Below are positions 1-10,158 of a stretch of DNA of 64,000 nt, in pieces (position 1 is the stretch's first letter; each line of letters begins with the position of its first letter). Under the pieces are notes generated by a model. It saw only the letters and a program-made list of their open reading frames with translations. It was not told where the DNA came from and did no database searches. The translations under genes and the position numbers were made by a program. Location of the stretch: contig NIVC01003130.1 of the NCBI GenBank assembly GCA_002269645.1, positions 1-64,000 of the forward strand, read 5' to 3'. This stretch comes from Macrostomum lignano. Taxonomy: Eukaryota.

Positions 1-140
1 GCCTTGGATTTGAAAATAAATTAAAATACTTCATGTTAAACTTACTACTGAACTGAAAGTAGCTTACACGCAAATATGCTGAGTAGCCCATCTAGTTATT
101 CTAGCATCTGTGGTCTACTAATCCAACTTACATCCCCTAG

Positions 141-1019
141 GTTCTCCGAGGTCACCACCATCGATGTTGAAGATTACGATTTCAATGACGAAAATGACGT
201 CACATACATTGCCGAGCAGCTGTGCAAAATCGATCTGGACCAGAAGCACCTGTCAACCGATATTGACACTAAGCTGATCCACTGGCGTCAGGCCATGTTC
301 AATACTGACTCCAAATACTTCAGCAGAATGCGCTTTTCCAACACCAGGGTTTGCATTGATCGGCTGTTTGGAATCCAGGTTTGTATTTTTTGTTTATGAC
401 CTGACCCATTTCCTATGACCTAATCCACTTCCAATGACCTGACCCATTTCCCATGGACCCTGACCCATTTTCCATGACTCTGACCCTTTTCCCATGACCT
501 GACCCATTTCCCATGAACTGACCCATTTCCCATGACCCTGACCCATTTCTTATGACCTAACCCATTTCCTATGGCCTGACCCATTTCCCATGACCTGACC
601 CATATCCTATGATTCTGACCAATTTCCTATGACCTGACCCATTTCCCATGACCTGACCCATTTCCCATGACCTGGCCCATTTCCCATGACCTGGCCCATT
701 TCCCAGCATGACCCAACCTGACCCCTAGCTGACACCCCCTGACCCGCAGGTCCCAGACGACATGCCAGAAGGCGGCCTGACCATGGCGGAGGCCAAGCGA
801 GTGGTAACTCTGCTGAAGCGGGATCCCAGAATGCACCAGTGGTCGGTGCTGAACCCCTGGGACGGCGGCTCCACCTTGGACGTGCTGCTCGGCCGGGTTC
901 GGCACAACCCGCTGCGCAGGACCTACCGCTATGACGAGGACACGCTGAAAGAGATGGCCATGTATCGGTCATTCGGCTATTACAGCCGCACTGTGGAGCC
1001 CGTGTACGCGATAGACTGA
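141..1019 (+). CDS. 3' two exons (141-378, 750-1019) of an unidentified spliced protein-coding gene; upstream exons lie outside the window
   Basis: Acceptor ccctag|G at 140/141, donor CAG|GTTTGT at 378/379 and acceptor ccgcag|GTC at 749/750 join in phase 0: ...IDRLFGIQ|VPDDMPEGGLTMAEAKRVV...VEPVYAID* (TGA 1017-1019). Codon usage is GC-rich like the other genes. No family recognised. Confidence 0.75.
397..745 (+). repeat. ~19-bp minisatellite (ATGACCTGACCCATTTCCC)n filling almost the whole intron 379-749
   Basis: About 18 degenerate tandem copies read directly from the sequence. Confidence 0.95.
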
Positions 1020-1712
1020 ACTGCTTTGGACTACTGACAGTAACTAGACTGGTGTTGAACTGGAATTCTTTATAGTAGTTACTAGCCTAATAAATTTAAA
1101 TAAATATTAATAACAGTTAGATGTCAAGTTTGTCAAAATAATCTTTAAACCAACTCTGCTAACTTGCACTCACTCTGCTCATTGCTGTCAAAAAAGAAGT
1201 TTGGGAACCCAGCAAATATATAATAAATATATTCGTTTGTAAAAAGCTAGCTTAGAATTTTATTCAAACAAAATGGACAGAAACTTGTGTTCCTACTGTC
1301 AGTAGGAAAATTAGCAAATCGCTTCCAGTTTTTTCCGTAGTGTTTATATTTTTGCTTTTTTGAATTATCATAAAGTAACTAATGGCGCGCTCAACAATAG
1401 TAGAGATGGATGGCAGAATCTGCTGTACATGTATTTTTTTGATAATAAGCAAATATGGTAAAATATAGGGTAGAAAAGAGTTTTAAAATGCTTAAATATA
1501 CAGTGTAGGAAAAACGTATACTGGCAGTTTTTTCTCAGTGTCTGAAAGGGCCAAATGTACTTTTTTACAGATGCGCCTTCTGCTCGTCTTTTGTTGTCCA
1601 CCTAGGAACTTTCTCTGCAGCCTGCATTCAATTCTGCAGCCTGAGCCATGTACAGTCAGCTCTCATTATTTGAAGAGAGAACTATCAGAGTGGCATAATC
1701 ATTTAGAATGAG

Positions 1713-2092
1713 CGAAACAAGGTGCTAAGTGGCGCCAAAACTAGAGCTAAGTAGCGCTGAAAGCTGGGTGCTGAGTGGCGCCAAAACTAGAGCTAAGTAG
1801 CGCCGAAAGCTGGGTGCTAAGTGGCGCCAAAACTAGAGCCAAGTAGCGCCGAAAGCTGGGTGCTAAGTGGCCCCAAAACTGTTGCTAAGTGGCGCCAAAA
1901 CTGGGTGCTAAGTGACGCCAAAACAGCGGGTGCTAAGTGACACGATAACTTGGTGCTAAGTGGCGCTGAGACAGGGTGCTAAGTGGCGCCGAAACTGTGC
2001 TAAGTGGCGCGCAAAACTGGTGCTAATTAAGTGGCGCGAAAACTGGGGGCTAAGTAGTGCCGTAACAGGGTGCTTGCTAAGTGGCGTCAAAA
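1713..2092 (+). repeat. ~23-24-bp tandem array (GGGTGCTAAGTGGCGCCAAAACT)n
   Basis: About 15 degenerate copies; reverse-complement relative of the array at 3864-4092. Confidence 0.9.
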
Positions 2093-2730
2093 AAGGGTCC
2101 AAAATAGCACAACCAGCTCCGCTAGCATGCAAAGTAGAACAGCGTTTTAATGGCAAGGATATAAATTATCAATATTAACGCATTTTATACGCATCTGCCA
2201 GCAGCCAAGCAATAATCGAGTCTTTAAAGCATTTCCCGTTGAGTGCAGCAGCAGCAGCCAGTATACCTAGCCATATTCCTTTCCTGTGCAAATACAATAA
2301 AACTCGATGCTCCACCCTAAGCCACCCCATTGCCCAAGTCGCTGGGCATCAGTCAATAAGGCAAAGGTAAGCTATACGCTTTGTGTCTCTAACGGGGAAT
2401 ATTGATTCGCTCGATGGCCTCTGTCATGCGTGAATCGCTGGGACGAATTGGGAAAGGGGATGAGGCTAAGCATCAAGGGGCGCTACTGCTGCTGCTTCTG
2501 CTGATTATTATTGGGCTTTGGGGTGAGACCAAGAGGATGCATGGTAAGTCGTTGAGGGTGGTGCCTGACTGACTGACTGACGCGCAGTATTGACACACGC
2601 GCTTATATCAATATATTATACTTCTGTTCCTATTGCATTCCATATAAAAGTACACTCGTTGAGCAGGATTTACCAGTGGCAAGCTCCTGCGTGGGTGTGT
2701 CAAAAAATGACTACATTTTATTTGATTCAT

Positions 2731-3325
2731 TGTCAGTCAGAGCACATTTTTAGTATACACACTTATTTATTACTCTACAGTTAGTTTTTAGTATAGTGGA
2801 CTAGCAATCTTGTGCCCCCCTTCGGGGCTGCCTATAAGCAAAGGACGAAAATTATTTGTGTATCCTACATGTATTTATTTGCCTTCACATCTCAGCAATT
2901 CCCCCAAGCCTATTACATGATTCTTCTTTGATGTTTAAATGCCGCTTATTTTATGTTTTACATGGTGCCTTTTCATATCTTTGCATTACGCTTCTTTTAT
3001 TTTTCACATGGTGCCTTTTCATATCTTGCATTACGCTTCTTTTATGTTTCACATGGTGCCTTTTCATATCTTGCATTACGCTTCTTTTATGTTTCATGGT
3101 GCCTTTTCATATCTTGCAATACGCTTCTTTTATGTTTCACATGGTGCCTCTTTTATGTTTGACGAGATTCTTTTTTATTTTTTACAGGATGTTTTATTTA
3201 TTTTTTACATTGCAGTCACTCAGAACACATTTTTAGTATACACGCTCACTCGTTTATTACTCGATGACTCATTTTTAGTATAGTGGACTAGTTAGCTATT
3301 TTTGACTCCCCCGTCGAGGAGACAA
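2731..3325 (-). mobile_element. Putative non-autonomous Helitron/Helentron-like remnant with an internal 45-bp tandem repeat
   Basis: Two related ~90-110-bp modules (2731-2828, 3213-3321) share TTTTTAGTATAGTGGACTAG. On the minus strand each reads GC hairpin, ~9-13 nt, then CTAG|T. About 4.5 copies of a 45-bp unit lie between them (2945-3165). Confidence 0.4.
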
Positions 3326-3863
3326 CAAAGAAAGAAATAACTTTTTATAAGCCCATGTAGGAGTGTAATTATATGCAGTTAAAAAAAGTTAAGGTCAAAA
3401 AGGTTTCAACCTTGTTAACAATCGACCTATACGCTTTTAAAGTACACCTGAGTAGTGGAGAGCAAATACGGGCAAGTTATAAAATTCAAAATAAGCTTTG
3501 CTTTTACTGTTGATATATATCCGCAGCCGATGTCCTTTCTTGCAAATAAATAGCTAGTACATTCTGCTCAACCGAGACGAGAAGTGACTCCTCATCTGAT
3601 CCTCAATGCCAGTTCCAGCTGATCAGAGAAGCCGGTCCTCACAACACAGCAAAGCTCAACTTTGAAAAATCCAATAAAGAAATATGACAGAATTGGTGCG
3701 GGAATGATTGAGAAAATCTCTTCACGCTTCCGTGTCCCTTTCTGTCAGGCCTTTAACTAAGATAGAAAGCTGCGATATTGACATAAGTGAGGACATGTAA
3801 TTGCCATTATGCAGAGGCATACCCGAGGGGGTGGGCGGGGTCAACAGGGGTAGAACGTAGTGC

Positions 3864-4092
3864 ATTGTTTTTGCGCCATTTAGTAACTTGTTTTGGCGCT
3901 ACGAGTATAATTTAGCACCCTGTTTTGGCGCCACGTAGCACCCTGTTTTTGCGCTATTTGGCACACGGTTTTTGCGCTATTTTGCACACGGTTTTTGCGC
4001 TATTTTGCACCCTGTTTTTGCGCTATTTTGCACACGGTTTTTGCGCTATTTTGCACACGGTTTTTGCGCTATTTAGCACCATGTTTTGGTGC
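3864..4092 (-). repeat. ~24-bp tandem array (CTGTTTTTGCGCTATTTAGCACC-like), inverted relative to 1713-2092
   Basis: TAGCACCCTGTTTTGGCGCCAC is the reverse complement of the GTGGCGCCAAAAC-GGGTGCTA unit of the left array. Confidence 0.85.
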
Positions 4093-5001
4093 CTTGATTC
4101 CCGGTATAGAATGACGTCAAATATGTACTCAGTTTGGCCCTTTCTGGGACGAAACATTTCTGCTTCCCATTTGACCCTACTATCTATTTAAATTCTTTGT
4201 CAGGATTTACAGCCTAGACTCACTCCGAATCCTGCGGCCAGGGCCCGGCGGTGCATGCCTGAAATTGATCTAGCAATTTCATTTTCTACCCGAGGATTAA
4301 AGCGAAGGGATTAATTTTGTAGAGCCGAAAGCCTCGCAGTGCAGATGAATGCCTGAGCTAATACTTGAGGTCTCTGGAGAGGGGGCTTGTGCTCGACTCG
4401 GTTTTGCTGCAGAGGAGCTCTCGTTCACTCCCGACAAGCAAATTGCATTTCCAAATGAATATATATATTTATGAATTGATAAAATTGGAACCAGTGGGTT
4501 ATTATTTCTATATATATATATTCGATCGTAAATTGGAATAGCCTCGCAAGGCGCGCCCGGGGGCCCCGAAGGTCTTGGAAGTCATTTTTCTTGTTTTGTG
4601 TTAATCATGCGCTCACTCAAACATGAGGTATCTGTAAGGGCCTTTTCTAACAGTATAGATCCTACGGAGCTAAATTAGATCAAAATTTATTGTGTGCTTA
4701 AATAAACGAACCGTACACATTTATTTATTGACAATCAATCAAGCTTAGAGGAATTTGGGTGCACTGGATCAAAAATAACAATAGAGATGATGGTATAACG
4801 AGGTGCATCTTGGCGAACTTTTAGTTATTTGTACCAACTACCTGGTCTAAACAGTGTGCCAAGGACAGTGTTTCTAGTCGTGATGGCTGCACATAGCTTC
4901 GACATATTTATGATAAAGTTAGTGCGTAAACTTTACTGCACAGCGTATTAAAATCAAGTAAGTACTACATGGGTTCCTTTGTATTCTGGTAACTGACGTT
5001 T

Positions 5002-7083
5002 TCAGCCGCTGCTGCCACCTTGAGCTCCGGCCGCGTCCTCCTGTCGCTTCCTCGTGTCGATGATACGAAAGGCTTCCAGGAACTCGTTGAAGTCGATGTA
5101 CCCATCGCTGTTGAGGTCCATCGAGCGGGCCATGTCGCCGACCTCCGCCTCGGTCATCTGACGGCCCGTGGCCTGCGTCAGCACGCGGCAGGACTCCTGG
5201 AACTCGTCCAGACTAATCTGGCCGCTGTTGTCTTTGTCCATGATTCTAAAGATGGTCTCCAGCTCCTCTTTGTTTTTGTACACTGCCTCAGTGAGCGAGC
5301 CAGCGACCTCTTTGCCAGCGCTGGCTCCCAGCTTGGTCTGGATGCTGACGCAATCGAAACTGGTCATGTACAGCAGTCGGCCGTCCTTAGCCAGCTGGGC
5401 CAGGTGCGGTCGCAGCGTCCGCCACGGCAGGCCCAACCTCAGTGTCTGCTCCATCGCTTCGCACCAGTCGGCCAACCGGATGGAACCGGTTTTATCCGGA
5501 TCAAAGCGCTGAAAAGCGGCGGTCAGTTCTGTCTTGCTGGCGATTACCTTGGCCCGAAGGTCCTTCAGCGCACCCTCTTCAACGGTGGACAGTCGCCGGC
5601 CTACTGGCAGCTTCCGCGCCTTGCTGGCCATGTACTGGACGATGTGCGGCTTGCCCTCCGCGTCAAACTTTGCATAGGCGCCCTTGTTGCTACCGTCCTC
5701 GTAGTAGTTGGAGGCGGAGAACAGAGTCAGCACGGCGCCGCCGTGGCAGAACTCCCAGCCGTCTGGTTTGCACTCGTGCGAACGGACAAGCAGCGAGAAC
5801 TTGTGCTTTCGAAGAAACGCCTCGGTGATATTCGGCCCGAAGTAGCAGCCGCCACCGCGGAAAGTGTTCGGTGCGCAGCCGGCCTGGGGCTTTGGGTCGC
5901 TCCAGAGCAGGTCCAACACCTGACGCCACTCTTTGTAGTCGACCTTTGCGTTCTCGTTGTCGCTAACGGGCGGTTTCAACGCCGACAGGTACTGATGCCT
6001 GTCTAGCTTCTGAACACGCTCCATGTCCACCTTGTCGGAGATGCCGCCATGAGTCACTAGGATTTTGTCGTCGATATTTGTCGCCAGAGGCAGCCAGGAG
6101 AAGGTGTCGCCAAAGAGACGTACAATCTTATTAGCAGGCGTCTTATACTTGGCTTGCACCTCCTTGATGAAGCCGTAGCGGCAGTTCATGAGGTGGTCCT
6201 CGTGGTTTCCCCGGTTGATGAACACGGCGCTCGGCCAGACCAGCAGGCAGGCGAACAGCAGGGCCGCCGTCTCCACCGAGTTTGCGCCTCGGTCCACGAA
6301 GTCACCGTTGAATACGTATGGGTTGGTGACGTCCGGCAGTCCGTTCTTGTAAAATATCACCAGTAGGTCGTCTAGCTTGCCATGCAAGTCGCCAACAACG
6401 GTGACCTGTCGCGAGATGCTGGTGCTGGCCTGGTACACGTTCGGCTTGGTCTTCAGCAACAGGCGAGCCTCGTGCAGCAACTGCAGCAAGTAGCGCGAGT
6501 GCAGTTGCGTGCCCTGACGGAAGCTGTCAATCAGTACCTGCACGTGGCTGGCGCTTAGCGGGAAGCTTAGATGGGGACCGCGATAGCTCTTTTCAACTTG
6601 GATGCCTTCGTAGCTGGTCAGTTCCAGGAGCTCCTGGTCCTCCTCTTCGAGGCTCTTCTGGCGAAGCCGTTCGGCGAAGCGGTTGTTGGCAGGGTCGCCG
6701 GAGCCGGCGGGACTCAGGTGCTGCTGCTGGGGCTGCTGGGGCTGCTTTCCGTCTGCAAGCTGCATCATGTCGCTGAAGAAATTGTACAGGTGCAGCTGGC
6801 TGGCCTCGCTTGAGTACTCGATGCTCTGGTAAATCATCCAGGTGGTGCGGCGTCTGGCCTCGAGGCGGGCCTTGTACCTGCGGTACCACTTCTGGATGAG
6901 CAGAGCGGATTTGATGCTCAGAGCCTCCACAGAGGCATCGGTGACGTCTTTGCCGCCAGTCTGCGGCGACTTCGATCGTTTTTGCTTGCCATGTTTCTTG
7001 CCGTCGTCTTTTTGCTGCTTCTGCAGCGGTTGCTGTTGCTGCTCCGAGTCGTCATCGGCGCTGGAGCTCGGCCCGCAGCCCAT
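5002..7083 (-). CDS. PPEF: Serine/threonine-protein phosphatase with EF-hands (PPEF/rdgC/PP7 family), single-exon CDS, ~693 aa
   Basis: MGCGPS N-terminus (myristoylation/palmitoylation type) at ATG 7083, IQ motif (IQKWYRRYKAR), PPP motifs GDLHG, GDFVDRG, RGNHE, LLWSDP and SASNY, and C-terminal EF-hands DKDNSGQISLDE and DLNSDGYIDFNE. The track start at 7197 is a TTG. Confidence 0.96.
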   Translation of the reverse strand: MGCGPSSSADDDSEQQQQPLQKQQKDDGKKHGKQKRSKSPQTGGKDVTDASVEALSIKSALLIQKWYRRYKARLEARRRTTWMIYQSIEYSSEASQLHLYNFFSDMMQLADGKQPQQPQQQHLSPAGSGDPANNRFAERLRQKSLEEEDQELLELTSYEGIQVEKSYRGPHLSFPLSASHVQVLIDSFRQGTQLHSRYLLQLLHEARLLLKTKPNVYQASTSISRQVTVVGDLHGKLDDLLVIFYKNGLPDVTNPYVFNGDFVDRGANSVETAALLFACLLVWPSAVFINRGNHEDHLMNCRYGFIKEVQAKYKTPANKIVRLFGDTFSWLPLATNIDDKILVTHGGISDKVDMERVQKLDRHQYLSALKPPVSDNENAKVDYKEWRQVLDLLWSDPKPQAGCAPNTFRGGGCYFGPNITEAFLRKHKFSLLVRSHECKPDGWEFCHGGAVLTLFSASNYYEDGSNKGAYAKFDAEGKPHIVQYMASKARKLPVGRRLSTVEEGALKDLRAKVIASKTELTAAFQRFDPDKTGSIRLADWCEAMEQTLRLGLPWRTLRPHLAQLAKDGRLLYMTSFDCVSIQTKLGASAGKEVAGSLTEAVYKNKEELETIFRIMDKDNSGQISLDEFQESCRVLTQATGRQMTEAEVGDMARSMDLNSDGYIDFNEFLEAFRIIDTRKRQEDAAGAQGGSSG

Positions 7084-8574
7084 CTTGCTCGGGTCGCCTC
7101 CGTCGTCTCTTTTGCCGCCGGCGCCTTTGCTGCCACCCGCCTTGTCGCTGGACGACTTGGACTTGCGAAACCTGAGCGAGGTGAAGTGTTGTTTCAAATC
7201 ACAAAGTATCAGTTTACGAGCATTTTATAGGCGCTTCAGCAGCTGCTTCAGCCAGGTAGTCCGAATTTGAGATGATTTAGGAAACATGGGTTGAGAACTC
7301 TACTTTTCTTTCCTGCTATCGCGAATTTAAAGGGGCGAGAGCAGTCCTGCCTCGCCTCGATTGGCTGCTAAAATTGACAGATCGCGTGACCCGCTCAACT
7401 TTTCTGCTTCCGTGGCTTCTCAGCTCCGTCTCTGTCATTTATATCTATCCCTCAGCCATCAATTCTTTCGTTTGTCTCTCTCAACAGCGCATCTTCCTTG
7501 CTGTGCTCAACCGGCTATAGGGAAAACAGGCAGTCTCAGTGAGCCGGCATTTGCTAAGCTGTTGAATAAGACTGGCGGGTGAAAACGCTTCTCAGCTCTG
7601 TGAGCCCCGTAGTCTATCTTTGTCGTCCGCCACGCGTAGACACTAGAAAAAGAGGGCAGTTTACACGGTGGCTTACATGGAAAAACGGTGCGCCTCCGCT
7701 TCTGGCTTCCCCCTTGCACGTAAATCCGGGAGCTCCACGACCTTCTTTAAAGACTCGATTTTTTGTGCTCTTGTATATTTCTACTGCAGAGTAGCCGAGA
7801 CTCTATCGTAGGGCAGAGATAGACTCCCAGCTTTCAATCCCTGAGTAGTTTTATAAATGGTTGAGACAGCCGTCTACTCTGGGGATTTCGTCTATCGTCG
7901 CAGGCTTTCCCCACGAGAGCGAATTTCGTGGAAATAGGGACTTAATACTGTACCCGCTTAGAGCTGTCAACCACATCGCTGGGTAAAAGGCTGACTTCTC
8001 CGTGCCCGTAAGTGCGACAAAATGAATATTGATGGATTCGAACGTCCTGAGTAAGAATTTGACTACAGGCACTTAGGATTGCTCTACAGACTTTCATGAC
8101 TTTTTCCCTTTGACCCTCCCTCCGTTGCTCAGTTCGTACCCTAACCTCCTGCTCAGAGCTCAAACTTATTTCTCTTAATGAAAGAATCCGTTGAACTGTA
8201 AACTATCTTCAGCCATCGAACTGGAGTTTTTTCAATCGATTTGATCTGACAGTTAATCAAGTAAACAAGATTGAGTGTCTTTGTGACTAACAGGGAGCCT
8301 AAATCATTAATCCTGAATTTGTTTTCACCGGAAACTAATTCTTATTAACGTGGTACGAAAACTAACTAACAATCTTAAGCATTATTGAATCTAAATACTA
8401 AAGGCAATTACTCATGATTTGCAAATTACAACTGGGGAGTCCTGCGTAGATCTGCAGATTATGAATACATGTACTACATTTAAATACTTCGTAGTTTTAT
8501 TCAATAGTTAAGTTAGTCATAGTCATCAAGTTACTTAGTCATAGATAGGTTGGTGTTCTTGTCCATCTGCCGCT

Positions 8575-9438
<864 letters not shown>

Positions 9439-10158
9439 CTGCTTGTTGTCTGCTGTTGTCTGCTGTCTACTTTCTGTCTGTTTTCCGACACACGGCAACT
9501 TTTTGACACTCTATACTCTATGCAAAAGCAAACAGATGTCATAAATCAATTTATGTACATGATGCTTCTAGGCGTGAAAATGAGGTCTAATGAGGGTTAA
9601 AAATCTAATAATGCAGATTCCTGCCAGCTGTCATCAGGAGAAAGGCATAACTAGTATCCTAATTTCTACATTATTATTCAGCACGTTTTATTCATGCAGA
9701 TTGAACCCTCTGTTACGTCTGCATGTCTCAGAAGTCTAAGGGCTCGTCCAAACTAGATGAGTCTTCAAATCACAAGACTGAAGCACACAAAGCGCTGTAA
9801 AATTAGAACTTCAAATCCTTTTATAAAGACAATTCGTCCTGTGATACTACTTATAGTGGTACTTACTTTATTCGTGCATTTATTTCTACGGACACCTGAT
9901 ACGTGTTATTTCATGGCTGTTTTGAACGGATTTGAGATATTCTTTTTGCTTTTTGATGCTTCCACAAAGCTGGAAATTCAATCCGCGTTTCCCAGCCGGT
10001 TTGGATTGCTTGCGAGGAAGCACAGGTGATATTGTAGTACCTGTGTCCCACTGCTTTATTTATATTTGATTAGCATGGCTTTTGACATTCAAAGTTACGA
10101 AAACGGACATTCAAGCTGCAATCCTACAGAACAAAGACATGTAGATTGGGCCAGAGAG

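Noticed and set aside
7084-7197. 731-aa PPEF start at 7197
   Set aside because: The start codon is TTG and it lies upstream of a splice acceptor; the family-typical MGC start is at 7083.
5020-7270. Plus-strand ORFs overlapping PPEF (328 aa and others)
   Set aside because: Antisense shadows of a GC-rich CDS, with no motifs.
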